Assembly: GCA_963706025.1 (NCBI GenBank)
Contig: CAVPLM010000005.1
Coordinates: 768,001 to 832,000, forward strand
From: an uncultured Actinomycetes bacterium
Lineage (GTDB): Bacteria > Actinomycetota > Thermoleophilia > RBG-16-64-13
Length of the DNA stretch: 64,000 nucleotides
Reading direction: 5' to 3'
Shown here piece after piece: positions 1 to 10,158 of the stretch. The position numbers were made by a program, and so were the translations under genes. The notes under the pieces were generated by a model. It did not search any database. It saw only the letters and a list, made by a program, of their open reading frames with translations, and was not told the DNA's origin. Position 1 is the first letter of the stretch. Each line of letters opens with the position of its first letter.

Positions 1-235
1 GTACGGGCAGACCGAGGGCTGCGAAGTTCGTGTTGAAGTTGGGGCCGCACGCAAGGATCGCGACGAGCACCTTGCCGGCGTCACCCGCCTCGAGCCGCGG
101 ACGTGAGACGTGTCTCACCGATACCACGTCCGCCGGCCGGCCGTAGCGGCCTCGGTCGATAACCAGAGCGAGCATCTGCTCCGGCAAATCCGTGCTCAAT
201 GACGGCGGCATCCCCAAAGGCCAGTCTTTTGACAA
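1..235 (-). CDS. N-terminus of a crotonyl-CoA carboxylase/reductase-like MDR-family oxidoreductase (runs off window edge)
   Basis: Not in the ORF track. Manual translation from TTG at 235 (AGGAGG upstream) gives MSKDWPLGMPPSLSTDLPEQMLALVIDRGRYGRPADVVSVRHVSRP...KVLVAILACGPNFNTNFAALGLPV, resembling the Ccr N-terminal pattern (M.A..I...R.G.P...VLV.V.A.G.N.N..A.LG.PV). Confidence 0.65.
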   Translation of the reverse strand, partial: MSKDWPLGMPPSLSTDLPEQMLALVIDRGRYGRPADVVSVRHVSRPRLEAGDAGKVLVAILACGPNFNTNFAALGLPV

Positions 236-246
236 CCTGGTCCTCC

Positions 247-2919
247 TCACGCCCCCGGCTCCAGCCAGGCCTCCAGACTCGGCCCGGCATCGCGGTGGAA
301 CGGCCTGGCGAAGGCTTCCGGGTACTTGGACCGGAGCGCCCCCAGGTCGGCCTTCTCCACTTCGGCCAGGAAGCCACTCACCACCATGCCCACTGCGTTC
401 TTGGAGGTGGTGTGTCCGGGCACGATGGCGTTGATGTTGCCTCCCCTATCGAGCGCATCGGGAACGATGGGGTCGTACTTGGCCCCGTGGTCCATGCTCA
501 CCGCCCCCGGGATGACCCGCTCCGTCACGTAGGCGCCGGCCAGCACGGCTCCCCGCTCGTTGTAGATGGTGACCACGTCGCCGTGCTCGATGCCCCGCGC
601 GACCGCATCTCTGGGATGGATCCACAGCGGCTGGTATTGATATCCGTCGGGGCCGGTCATCTTGCAGGTCTCGATCTCCCGGAGCCAGGTTATGTCGTCG
701 TGTTGGGCGTGCACGCTCCAGCGGGGGTGGTTCGAGACCACCAGCAGCGGGTACTTCTTGGCGCGTTCGGTCCCCAGGGTCTCCTGATGGGTCTCACCGG
801 AGGCGATCCACCCCGGGACCGGCGGTCGCTCGGGGTCGTCGGGAAAGTGCTCCGCCAACCCGGTGGCGTAGAACTCGATCTTGCCCGTCGGGGTGCTGAG
901 CGGGTGGCCTTCAGGGTCTCGGTAGAAATCGATCAGACCGGCAGGCACCTTCTCCCAGTCCGGGTCGGTGGGCACTACCACGTAGCCCCGCTCCGTGAAC
1001 TGCTCCCAGGTGAGCTGCTCACCGCCGGCCCGGCCGCCCTCAACCCGATCGCCGTCGACCTGCTCACCCGCGACCAGATCCCGGATCCCCGAGGTCTCGA
1101 AGCCCAAGCGCCTGAGGTCCTCGACGGACCTTCCGCCCGTGTATTCCTGGAGCAGCCCCAGCCGCTCGGCGATCTTGCACACGATCTCGTAGTCGCTGAA
1201 GGATTCACCCAGAGGCTCCACACAGCGTTCTTCGGGAAAGACCAGGATCGACTGGCCGCTGTAGAGGTCGGAGTTGATGTCGTCTTCCTCCAGCTTGGTG
1301 CTGACCGGCAGGATCACGTCGGCCAATAGGCAGTCGTTCTCCAGCCAGGGGTGCTGGGCGAAGACGAACTCGATGTCGGGGTGGCGCATGGCCCGCACGA
1401 AGCTGTTGCCGTCGTTCCAGCAGGTCATGAAGCAGGGTGAGTCGGTCCAGACCATGTGGATCCTGGAGCAGCCCTCTGCCGGATACCGGTAATGGACGAA
1501 CTGGTTCTCCCGAGGGGCCATCTCGTGCTCGTTGCCCCACCATTCGCAGGTCCCCTCCATGATGGCCTTGGGTAGTAGGGTCTTCGGCACGAAGGCGTGG
1601 TTGGTGTCGCCTCCGGTACCGCCGGTGTAGGCGGCGAACAAGCTGGGGATCATCTTCGGCTGGGGACAGCCGACCTGGGCCAGGTCGTCCATGAACCCCC
1701 AATCCTCCATCTTGGCCTGGTTGGCCCCCGGTCTGCCCAACCCCTGCATCGCCAAGCAGAGCACCTGCAGGCGGGCGGGCTCGCTCGCGTAAGGACCGCG
1801 GATGCCCGGTCCACCGTTGCCGATGGCTACGGTCGTCCGCTTGGTAGCCCACTCCCGCGCCAGCGCCTTGATGATGCGCGAGGGAACGCCGGTGATGGGA
1901 GCCGCCCAGTGCGGGCTCTTGGGGACGCCGTCCTCTACTCCCATCACATAGGCCTCGAACTTCTCGACGCCGTAGGCGTGGGTCGCCAGATACTCTTTGT
2001 CGTAGGTGCCCTCCTTGAACCACTGATAGGCGATGGCCAGGTAGAGAGCAGCGTCGGTGTTGGGAAGGATGGGGATCCAGCGGTCGGCGTGGATCGCCGC
2101 CGCGTAGTTGAGATCGGGAGCGATGTAAAGCTGCTTGATCCCCAGCTCGGTGAACCAGAAGCTGAGACGGCTGGGGAGTTGGCCCATCCAGCCCCAGGTA
2201 GTCGTCTCCTGGTCACAGCCCCAGAAGAGCAGCAGCTCCGCGTTCTTGGCGATGTCGTAGACCAGGTTGGCCTGGGGAACCTGCTGGCCGACCGGTTCCA
2301 TGCCCCACACGTGCTTCGCCCCCCACGACCAGCCTTCCCAGCTGTCCGGCTGCCGTGACTGAAGCGTGAAGCCCCCGAACAGCCGGAGGAGCTTCCGCCC
2401 GCAGCCGTGGGGACCGTGGACCACCTTGTTCTCTCCGTGCTGGTCGGATTGATAGAGGATGGCAGTGGGCCCATACTGCTCGCGCACTCGCAGCATCTCG
2501 CCGGTGATGAGGTCGAGGGCCTCATCCCAGGAGATGCGCACGTATTTGCTGACGCCCCGGTTGTGGATGTTGCGCTCTCCTTTGGGGTCGAAGTCCACCC
2601 GTTTCATCGGGAACCGGATCCGGGCCGGGGACTGGACACGTTTCTTGTACGCCAGGCTGAACGGAGGGACAAGCGTCTTCATGCTCGGCTTGAAGCTCTT
2701 GCCTCGCACCTGCATCTCCCACCGGCCGAGTTCGTCGGGGCGGTACTTCCAGTCGTAGTGCAGCGGTCGAATCCGGACGATCCTGCCATCGTCCACATCC
2801 ACCATGCAGGCATTGGCGCCGTTGGCCACACCGCAGAAGCTTATGTCTCGGATGAGCGTCTTAGCGCCGGGAGTCTTCGCACCGGGAGTCCTGGCGCCGG
2901 CCCGTTCGCTCCCGTCCAT
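247..2919 (-). CDS. Molybdopterin (bis-MGD) oxidoreductase, DMSO-reductase family, pyrogallol transhydroxylase large-subunit-like
   Basis: Motifs SPARIRFPMKRVDF, RISWDEALD, PDSWEGW (Ser-ligand type), PNTDAAL, ADVILPV, TPTGKIEF, HPRWSVHAQ and a C-terminal cofactor-binding domain. The ATG at 2919 follows AAGGAG. No Tat signal. Confidence 0.85.
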   Translation of the reverse strand: MDGSERAGARTPGAKTPGAKTLIRDISFCGVANGANACMVDVDDGRIVRIRPLHYDWKYRPDELGRWEMQVRGKSFKPSMKTLVPPFSLAYKKRVQSPARIRFPMKRVDFDPKGERNIHNRGVSKYVRISWDEALDLITGEMLRVREQYGPTAILYQSDQHGENKVVHGPHGCGRKLLRLFGGFTLQSRQPDSWEGWSWGAKHVWGMEPVGQQVPQANLVYDIAKNAELLLFWGCDQETTTWGWMGQLPSRLSFWFTELGIKQLYIAPDLNYAAAIHADRWIPILPNTDAALYLAIAYQWFKEGTYDKEYLATHAYGVEKFEAYVMGVEDGVPKSPHWAAPITGVPSRIIKALAREWATKRTTVAIGNGGPGIRGPYASEPARLQVLCLAMQGLGRPGANQAKMEDWGFMDDLAQVGCPQPKMIPSLFAAYTGGTGGDTNHAFVPKTLLPKAIMEGTCEWWGNEHEMAPRENQFVHYRYPAEGCSRIHMVWTDSPCFMTCWNDGNSFVRAMRHPDIEFVFAQHPWLENDCLLADVILPVSTKLEEDDINSDLYSGQSILVFPEERCVEPLGESFSDYEIVCKIAERLGLLQEYTGGRSVEDLRRLGFETSGIRDLVAGEQVDGDRVEGGRAGGEQLTWEQFTERGYVVVPTDPDWEKVPAGLIDFYRDPEGHPLSTPTGKIEFYATGLAEHFPDDPERPPVPGWIASGETHQETLGTERAKKYPLLVVSNHPRWSVHAQHDDITWLREIETCKMTGPDGYQYQPLWIHPRDAVARGIEHGDVVTIYNERGAVLAGAYVTERVIPGAVSMDHGAKYDPIVPDALDRGGNINAIVPGHTTSKNAVGMVVSGFLAEVEKADLGALRSKYPEAFARPFHRDAGPSLEAWLEPGA
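2858..2902. repeat. Three imperfect 15-bp tandem repeats encoding ARTPG-AKTPG-AKT at the molybdoenzyme N-terminus
   Basis: gtcttagcgccggga / gtcttcgcaccggga / gtcctggcgccggcc. Confidence 0.7.
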
Positions 2920-2962
2920 GCCCCGCTCCTTCCGCTCGTTCGCTCCCGCGCTTCCGCTCTCT

Positions 2963-5900
2963 CTATTTCCCTGACCCATTGCCGTTGACCCGCGATCCCG
3001 AGCCATGCACCACGCAGCCCTCTCCCAGCAATTCCTTCAGCTCCGCGAAGAGGCTGGCCTGGGGATCGACCCGGTAACCGTCGCCAAAGCGCAGGCGGCG
3101 CGCATCCGCCCCCACCCTCACGTACATATCGACCAAGCACTGCCCGGGGAAGCGGGCCAAGATGCGCTTGAGGTCCTCGATGACCGTGCTCGGGAAGCGG
3201 TCGCCGTCGACCGAGAGGGCGAGGGGCTCGAGTCCCGTCTTGGGCGCGAACGCTTCGATGACCATAGGGATGAATTTGGTCTCGGCCTCATCTTTGTGAT
3301 CGACCCGGCCCTTGATCTTGACCACCTTGTCCTCCACCAGGATCTCCTTGCTCTCCTGGTAGACAGCCGGGAAGCATACGATCTCCACCGAGCCTTCCAT
3401 ACCCTCGATGGTGACAAACGCCATGAGTTCGCCCGATTTCTTGGTGGTGATCCTCTTGACCACGCTCACCATGCCCACGATCGTGGTCACTGTGCCGTCC
3501 GGCACCTCCCCCAGTTGGGAGATGAGATGTCCAGCCTCTCTCTTCACATGGTGCCGCAAGTCCTTCAGGGGGTGCGAGCTCACGTACAGGCCCAGCGTCT
3601 CCTTTTCCAGCGCCAGAAGCTCCTCCCGGCTGAAGTCATCGGTAGGTATCTCCACAGGCGGGCTACCGTTCCCGCCGGCCCTGACCGGGTCCGGCTCCGT
3701 GTCCCCCATGAGATCGAAGATGGAACCCTGGCCCTTGTCTGCGTCGGCCCGGGTCTTCTTACCGTAGGCCATGGCCTGCTGCATCACCAGGAGCATCCCC
3801 CGCCGGGACGGACCGATGGAATCCATGGCTCCCGACTTGATCAGGCTCTCGATGGCCCGCCCGTTCACCATGCCCATGTCGACCCGCTCGCAGAAATCGA
3901 ACAGATCGCGGAAGGCCCCCCCTTGCTCCCGAGCCTCGAGGATGTTGCGGATGGCCGTCTCCCCCACGTTCTTCACGGCGTTGAGACCGAAACGGATACG
4001 GCCTTCTACGCCGCGGAAGTCGAGCACCGACTCGTTGATGTCGGGCGGAAGCACCTCGATACCCATCTCGTTGGCCACCGTCACGTAGAAGGGCACCTTG
4101 TCCTTGGTGTCCATGACGCTGGATATGAGCGCAGCCATGTACTGCACTGGGAAGTTGGCCTTGAGGTAGGCGGTGCGATAGGAGATGAGCGCATAGCAGG
4201 CGGCGTGTGACTTGTTGAACGAATAGTCGCCCGCCTTCTCCATGAGCGACCACAGGTGGTCGATCACCCGCGGCGAGGTACCCGAGGCGGCTGCTCCCGC
4301 GCGGAACTTGGGCTCGAGCTGGTCCATCTTGGCCCGGATCTTCTTGCCGATGGCCTTACGCAGATCGTCCGCCTCCGCGGGACTGAACCCGCCGATCCGC
4401 TTGGAGATCTCCATCAGCTGTTCCTGGTAGATGGCCACCCCATAGGTGGGACTGAGGATGGCCTCCAGGCGGTCGTCCTCGTACCTTATGCTGTTCGGAT
4501 CCCGCTTGTTACGGGCGTATTGGGGGATGAACTCCATGGGACCGGGCCGATAAAGGGCCACCAGTGCGATCAGATCGTCCAGCCGCGTAGGCTGGATCTC
4601 CCGAAGAGCTTCGCGCATCCCGCTGGATTCAAACTGGAACACCCCCTCGGAATCACCCTTGGCCAGCATCCGGTAGGTGGGAGCGTCGTCCAGGGGGATG
4701 GATTCGATGTCGAATCCCGGGTTGCCCGCGTCGCGGATGATGCCGACGGCGCTGTCGATGACGTCCAAGTTGCGGAGGCCCAGGAAGTCCATCTTGAGCA
4801 GGCCCAGCTTCTCCACATCCCCCATGGAGACCTGGGTGACCACCTCGGCGTCGCCCTTCTGCATGAGAGGCAGGTGCTCTGTGAGCGGCCCCTTGGAGAT
4901 GACCACACCAGCCGCATGGATGGAATCCTGGCGGATGAGGCCTTCCAGAGGCCGGGCCATGTCGACGACCTCGCGGACCACCTCGTCGCTGTCGTACGCG
5001 GCGCGCAACTCGCCTTTGGTGTCTTTCAGGCACGCGTCCAGCGTGATGTTGAGCACCTCGGGCACCAGCTTGGCGATGCGGTCGGCCTGGCCGTAGGGCA
5101 CGTCCATCACCCGGGCGGCGTCGCGGATGGCCTGCCTGGCCTTGATGGTGCCGAAGGTGGCGATCTGGGCCACCCGGTCGCGCCCGTACTTGTCTGCCAC
5201 GTAGTCGATCACTTTTTCGCGGCCGTTCACGGAGAAGTCGATGTCGATATCGGGCATGCTGATGCGGTCGGGGTTGAGGAAGCGCTCGAACAGCAGGTCG
5301 TAGGCGATGGGATCCAGGTCGGTGATGCCCAACAGGTACGAAACCAGCGAGCCCGCGGCCGAGCCGCGACCGGGCCCCACCGGTATGCCGGCTTCCTTGG
5401 CGAACGTCACGAAATCCCACACGATGAGAAAGTAGGGCTGGAAACCCATCTTCTCCACCACTGCGAGCTCGGTCTCGAGCCGCTCTCTGACCTCAGGAGT
5501 CACCGCGTCGTCATAGCGGCGGACCAACCCCTTTTCGCACTGCTCCCGCAGATAGGAAGTCTCGTCGTACCCCTCAGGCACCGGGAAGTGAGGTATGAGC
5601 ATCTCGTCGAGCGCGATCCGTACGTTGCAGCGCCCCGCCACCTCCAGCGTGTTCGCCACCGCCTCGGGGTGCTCGGGAAAGGCGGCCCGCATCTCTTCCT
5701 CGCTCTTGAAGAAGAACTCCTGCGAATTGAAGCGCAGGCGGTTCTCCTCCGACAGGCGGGACCCGGTCTGGATGCAGAGCAGCACGTCGTGCGCGGTGGC
5801 ATCGCCCTCGCGCAGGTAGTGCACGTCGTTGGTCGCTACCAACTTGAGCCCGGTGCGCCCGGCCAGTTCCACCAGGCGCGGGTTCACTTCGGCCAACTCG

Positions 5901-6577
5901 CCGATGCCGGTCTCCTGCATCTCCAGGTAGACGTTGTCCTCGCCGAAGATGTCGACCAGCCGCTCAACCTCCGCGTCCGCGGCGCTGGTTTGTCCGTTCT
6001 GCAGGGCGCGCGACAAGCGGCCGCTGGCGCAGCCCGTCAGGCAGATGAGGCCCTCGGCGTGCTCTTTAAGGGCTTTGTAGTCGAGGCGGGGCTTGTAGTA
6101 GTAGCCCTCGAGGAAGGCCAGACTGCCCAGTTTGAGCAGATTGTGGTAGCCGCTGTCGTCCCCAGCGAGAAGGGTGAGGTGCCAGCGCTCCTCGTTCTGT
6201 CCCTCCTTGCGAAAACGGTCTTCCACCACGTAGGTCTCGAGCCCGATGATGGGCTTGATCCCAGCCTTGAGGCACTGTTGGTAGAACTGGATGGCGCCCG
6301 AAAGCATTCCGTGATCGGTGATGGCCAGCGCGGGCATGCCGAGCTCCGCGGCCCGCGCCACCAGGTCCTCCACTTTGCAGGCCCCGTCCAAAGCCGAGTA
6401 GTGGGTGTGGACGTGGAGGTGACAGAAGCCGGCCGCGGGCCGGGCGGGCGTGGCCGCGCCCGCCGCCTCGGCGAGGGCCTCGGGGGCCGGTGGCGCGGTG
6501 TCGTCCTGGGCGGCCTCGGCAACGGCCACTGTGGCAGTCTCTTCTGCGAAGGGCAGCAAAACGGACGGCAAGGTCAC
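2963..6577 (-). CDS. dnaE: DNA polymerase III alpha subunit
   Basis: PHP domain (HLHVHTHYS, AITDHG), GRGSAAGS, ERFLNPDRISMPDIDIDF, FNKSHAACY and OB fold. The GTG at 6577 follows AAGGAG. Confidence 0.97.
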   Translation of the reverse strand: MTLPSVLLPFAEETATVAVAEAAQDDTAPPAPEALAEAAGAATPARPAAGFCHLHVHTHYSALDGACKVEDLVARAAELGMPALAITDHGMLSGAIQFYQQCLKAGIKPIIGLETYVVEDRFRKEGQNEERWHLTLLAGDDSGYHNLLKLGSLAFLEGYYYKPRLDYKALKEHAEGLICLTGCASGRLSRALQNGQTSAADAEVERLVDIFGEDNVYLEMQETGIGELAEVNPRLVELAGRTGLKLVATNDVHYLREGDATAHDVLLCIQTGSRLSEENRLRFNSQEFFFKSEEEMRAAFPEHPEAVANTLEVAGRCNVRIALDEMLIPHFPVPEGYDETSYLREQCEKGLVRRYDDAVTPEVRERLETELAVVEKMGFQPYFLIVWDFVTFAKEAGIPVGPGRGSAAGSLVSYLLGITDLDPIAYDLLFERFLNPDRISMPDIDIDFSVNGREKVIDYVADKYGRDRVAQIATFGTIKARQAIRDAARVMDVPYGQADRIAKLVPEVLNITLDACLKDTKGELRAAYDSDEVVREVVDMARPLEGLIRQDSIHAAGVVISKGPLTEHLPLMQKGDAEVVTQVSMGDVEKLGLLKMDFLGLRNLDVIDSAVGIIRDAGNPGFDIESIPLDDAPTYRMLAKGDSEGVFQFESSGMREALREIQPTRLDDLIALVALYRPGPMEFIPQYARNKRDPNSIRYEDDRLEAILSPTYGVAIYQEQLMEISKRIGGFSPAEADDLRKAIGKKIRAKMDQLEPKFRAGAAASGTSPRVIDHLWSLMEKAGDYSFNKSHAACYALISYRTAYLKANFPVQYMAALISSVMDTKDKVPFYVTVANEMGIEVLPPDINESVLDFRGVEGRIRFGLNAVKNVGETAIRNILEAREQGGAFRDLFDFCERVDMGMVNGRAIESLIKSGAMDSIGPSRRGMLLVMQQAMAYGKKTRADADKGQGSIFDLMGDTEPDPVRAGGNGSPPVEIPTDDFSREELLALEKETLGLYVSSHPLKDLRHHVKREAGHLISQLGEVPDGTVTTIVGMVSVVKRITTKKSGELMAFVTIEGMEGSVEIVCFPAVYQESKEILVEDKVVKIKGRVDHKDEAETKFIPMVIEAFAPKTGLEPLALSVDGDRFPSTVIEDLKRILARFPGQCLVDMYVRVGADARRLRFGDGYRVDPQASLFAELKELLGEGCVVHGSGSRVNGNGSGK

Positions 6578-6623
6578 GTATCTCCTTGGAAAGACCTCGG
6601 GGCGGACGCCCCTGTATCGCTCG

Positions 6624-6652
6624 ATTCTACCCGAAGGGAATCGCGCCCTCAA
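6624..6652 (-). promoter_or_regulatory. Putative sigma70-type promoter of dnaE
   Basis: Minus strand TTGAGG-N17-TAGAAT about 45 nt upstream of the start. Confidence 0.5.
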
Positions 6653-6674
6653 GCTGTGACGGCAGCTGGTGGTG

Positions 6675-6699
6675 AACAAAATCCGCTGAGAGCGGGTTT
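6675..6699 (-). terminator. Probable intrinsic terminator upstream of the dnaE promoter
   Basis: Minus strand CCCGCT-CTC-AGCGGA stem followed by TTTTGTT. Confidence 0.5.
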
Positions 6700-6907
6700 C
6701 CCTTGGGACCGAACGGGCTCGCGGCGCGCGCGGCGGAGCCGCCGACCGACGCCCCCGCCCCTGCCACCCGGGTCGATAAGAACACGCTCAAGCCGGGCCA
6801 TGTGCGCCGCACCGCGGCGCGAGCCACGAGCATGCCGGCGTGCGTACCCCCGGGACCAGCGCCATGCCACGGATACGTCTGGGTCGGGAGCTCGCGCACG
6901 GCCAGCA

Positions 6908-7647
6908 TCAGGTGAGCGCCAGGATGATCTCCGCATCCTGGGGGAACTCCCGCAGGAGCGCCTCGCGGTCGGCCGGTTCGAAATCCTCGTACTCGAAGCC
7001 GGGCGTGACCACGCAACCCACCAGCGTCCAGTCGCCACCGCTGCCGACGGGATCGTCCTGCGCCGCGCCGTCCGCCTCCGTGTCTACCTTCACCGCTTCC
7101 CCAGCCATATCACCGGCCGCTCCGTCGGCGCCACCCGGGCGCCCAACCACCGGCCGGCGGGAACAAGCACCTGCGGCCGATCCGCGCCTAGAAGATGGAG
7201 CTGCAACCGGCGGTCCTCCCCGGCGAGCGGCCGCGCCCCCAGCGGCTCCGCAGGCGCCCCCGACACCGTCGCCACCGGCCCGGTTGCGGCCGGCGGTCGC
7301 CCACCCTCTTCCGACTCGAGCATCACCAACTCCGCCCGGCAACCCGCGTGGAAGAACCATATCTCCTCGAAACGCAGGCGATGGAAGCGACTGGGGCTTC
7401 CCGCCGTGAGGAGGTAGATGATCGCGGTCGCCAGGGGCCGCGTGCCGGAGCCGGTGCGGACCACGGTCTGCGAGCGGTACGTCTCGCGAAAGAACCCGCC
7501 CTCACGATGGGGCTCGAGTCCGAGCGCCTCGGCGACTTCGATCGCCGAGGCCGCCGCTGGTAGCCGATGGATGGCCTCCCCCTCGGCCCTTGAGAGCCCC
7601 GCCCGCGACGAGTAAGACGCCTCGTCCCAGGAGGGCGTGCGGGTCAC
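6908..7647 (-). CDS. Cupin_5 (DUF985) family protein, one apparent frameshift near 7120
   Basis: LGLEPHREGGFFRETYRS, TAIIYLL, SRFHRL..EEIWFFHAG and PQVLVPAGRW are in one frame; WTLVGCVVTPGFEYEDF is in another. The GTG overlaps the FAH stop. Confidence 0.85.
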
Positions 7648-8447
7648 CCCTGCTCCAGCTCGACCGGATTGCGCAGGTAGCCCACGCCGTCGATCTCGAC
7701 CTCCACCTCGTCCCCGGGGTGAAGCTCGCCCACCCCAGACGGGGTCCCCAGCATGATCATGTCGCCCCGCTGGAGGGTCATGGCCTGGCTGACGATCGAG
7801 ATGATCTCGAAGGGGTCGCGGATCATGTCCTGGATCTGAGCTTCCTGGCGCAGCTCCCCGTTCACCCGGGTGCGGAGCCATGCATCGGGTCGGGGCATCT
7901 CGGTCTCCAGATAGGGTCCGGCCACGGCGAAGGTGTCAAAGCCTTTGGCCCGCCACCATTGCTTGTCCTCCCCCTGCAACGTGCGCTCGGTGACGTCGTT
8001 TGCGCAGGTCCAGCCGAACACGGCCTTGCGCGCCTCCTCAGGCGTCACCCTGCGGGTGTCGCGCGCTATCACCACCGCCAGTTCGCCCTCGTACTCCACG
8101 CGCGTCGCGTCCATAGGGTAGATGATGGCTTCCCCATGTCCGATGAGGCTCGAAGCCGGCTTGAAGAACAGCAGAGGACGCGGCACGTGGTCGTCTTTGC
8201 GCTCGGGAACGACGTTCCCTTTCGATCGAGCGATCATCTCCTTGATGTGATCACGGAAATTCCAGCCCACCCCCAGGATCTTGCCGGGAGCGGCCGGAGG
8301 CAACAGGGTAGCCTCGGACTCACCGATGACCGTGCCCGCGGGAACCGCATCGCCGAGCCCCTCGGGTGGCGCTTGGACCATATACCCGTTGCAAGTCACC
8401 GCGACCTCGTGGACCCCACCCCGATACTCGATGCGGGCCAGCTTCAT
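7644..8447 (-). CDS. Fumarylacetoacetate hydrolase family protein
   Basis: PLLFFKPASS, VEYEGELAVVI, CANDVTER, RAKGFDTF, GDMIMLGTPSGVG. Confidence 0.92.
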   Translation of the reverse strand: MKLARIEYRGGVHEVAVTCNGYMVQAPPEGLGDAVPAGTVIGESEATLLPPAAPGKILGVGWNFRDHIKEMIARSKGNVVPERKDDHVPRPLLFFKPASSLIGHGEAIIYPMDATRVEYEGELAVVIARDTRRVTPEEARKAVFGWTCANDVTERTLQGEDKQWWRAKGFDTFAVAGPYLETEMPRPDAWLRTRVNGELRQEAQIQDMIRDPFEIISIVSQAMTLQRGDMIMLGTPSGVGELHPGDEVEVEIDGVGYLRNPVELEQG

Positions 8448-10063
8448 GACTTCTCCTCACTCTCCGCTTCCCGCGAAGGTCCTTCGCCGGCTGAACGCAG
8501 CAACCCGTAGGATATGGAATCCACCAGGGCCTGCCACGAAGCCTCTACCACGTTCACTCCCACCCCCACGCTGCCCCAAGTCTCTCTTCCGTCCGAAGTG
8601 TCGATAAGCACGCGGGTGTTGGCGGCGGTGCCCTTGTCCTCGTCGAGGATACGCACCTTGTAGTTGACCAGCCGGATATCGTCCACTTCCGGGAACTTGC
8701 GTTCGATGGCCATGCGCAGGGCTTTGTCCAAAGCGTTGACCGGGCCGTTCCCCTCGGCGGTCTCGATGAAGCGGTCCCCGCCCACGTGCACCTTGACGGT
8801 GGCTTCGCTTATGGTTTCGCCGTCTTCCCGCTTCTCGACGATGATGCGGAAAGTCTCTAAATGGAACAGTTCGACCTGGAGCCCCATCTCGGTGCGCAGG
8901 AGCAGCTCGAAGGAGGCGTCGGCGGCCTCGTAGTGATATCCGGTGTGCTCCTTCTGCTTGACGCGGGCGAGCACCCTATCCAGAAGTTCTTCATTCTCCT
9001 GCAAGGGGTAGCCCAGTTCCTGGGCCCGCTGGGCGATGGTGGCCCGTCCGGAAAGCTCCGATACCAGCACGTGGGGAGCGTTCCCCACCCGCGCCGGGTC
9101 CACGTGCTCGAACGTGCTGGGATCGCGCTCTACCGCCGCCACGTGCAGTCCACCCTTGTGAGCAAAGGCGTTCCGACCTACGTAAGGCTGGTGCGGATCG
9201 GGCGACACGTTGCAGAGCTCGGCCACGAAGTGAGCGGCATCGGTGAGCTGAGCCAGGTCGCGATCGGAGACGCAGTCGATGCCCATCTTGAGCTTGAGCG
9301 CAGGGATGATGGCACAGAGATCGGCGTTGCCGCAACGCTCCCCGTAGCCGTTGATGGTGCCCTGCACCACATCGGCGCCTCGCTCCACGGCGACGAGGGA
9401 GTTGGCCACCGCGCAGCCGGCGTCGTTGTGGGTATGGATGCCCACCCTGCAGATGCTTCCCACCTCCGAGACCACCCGGTCCACCACCTCCGCCACTTGC
9501 GCCGGCAAGGCCGCCCCGTTCGTATCGCACAAACAGACGGCCTCGGCCCCCGCCTCGGCGGCCGCCCGAAGGCAGGCCAGGGCGTAATCAGGGTGGGCGG
9601 CATAGGCATCGAAGAAGTGCTCGGCGTCGTAGAAGACCCGCTTCCCCTGTCCCCGCAAGAAGGCCACCGACTCGGCGATCATCCGCAGGTTTTCCTCGCG
9701 ATCCACTCGGAGGACCTTCTGCAGGTGGAGATCCCAGGTCTTGCCCACTATGGCCGCGACCGGAGCCCAGCAGTCGGCCAGTGCGCGCATTTGGAGGTCT
9801 TTCTCCGCGGTCACCCCCCGCCCCCTGGTCACGCCGAAGGCCGCCACCACGGCGCCGCCAAGCCGTTGCCTCTCCAACTTGCGGAAGAACTCCTGGTCTT
9901 TGGGGTTAGAGCCCAGAAACCCGCCCTCGATCACGTGGACGCCGATGTCGGCGACCCGAGCGGCGATGCGGACCTTCTCGTCCACCGAGACGCTCATCCC
10001 TTCGCGCTGCATCCCGTCGCGCAAGGTGGTGTCGTAGAGGAGCAGGGGGCGCGTGGCCTTCAT
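8444..10063 (-). CDS. cimA: Citramalate synthase (DRE-TIM)
   Basis: YDTTLRDGMQ, YDAEHFFD, GIHTHND, GYGERCGNA, AFAHKGGLH and a regulatory domain. The start is the ATG at 10063; the ORF-track extension overlaps ilvE. Confidence 0.92.
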   Translation of the reverse strand: MKATRPLLLYDTTLRDGMQREGMSVSVDEKVRIAARVADIGVHVIEGGFLGSNPKDQEFFRKLERQRLGGAVVAAFGVTRGRGVTAEKDLQMRALADCWAPVAAIVGKTWDLHLQKVLRVDREENLRMIAESVAFLRGQGKRVFYDAEHFFDAYAAHPDYALACLRAAAEAGAEAVCLCDTNGAALPAQVAEVVDRVVSEVGSICRVGIHTHNDAGCAVANSLVAVERGADVVQGTINGYGERCGNADLCAIIPALKLKMGIDCVSDRDLAQLTDAAHFVAELCNVSPDPHQPYVGRNAFAHKGGLHVAAVERDPSTFEHVDPARVGNAPHVLVSELSGRATIAQRAQELGYPLQENEELLDRVLARVKQKEHTGYHYEAADASFELLLRTEMGLQVELFHLETFRIIVEKREDGETISEATVKVHVGGDRFIETAEGNGPVNALDKALRMAIERKFPEVDDIRLVNYKVRILDEDKGTAANTRVLIDTSDGRETWGSVGVGVNVVEASWQALVDSISYGLLRSAGEGPSREAESEEKS

Positions 10064-10082
10064 CGCGCTCCCTCGGTCGACC

Positions 10083-10111
10083 GCCCGGCAGTCAGCCCGG
10101 CAGTCAGCCCG
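10083..10111. repeat. 12-bp tandem repeat (2.4 copies) between ilvE and cimA
   Basis: gcccggcagtca gcccggcagtca gcccg. Confidence 0.75.
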
Positions 10112-10158
10112 CCACGGGTCGTGCAGCCGCTCAATGCCGGCCCAAGTCCCATCCGAGG

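Noticed and set aside
4256-7417. 1053-aa + strand ORF and many other long antisense ORFs
   Set aside because: Shadow frames of high-GC genes such as dnaE, with no recognisable motifs.
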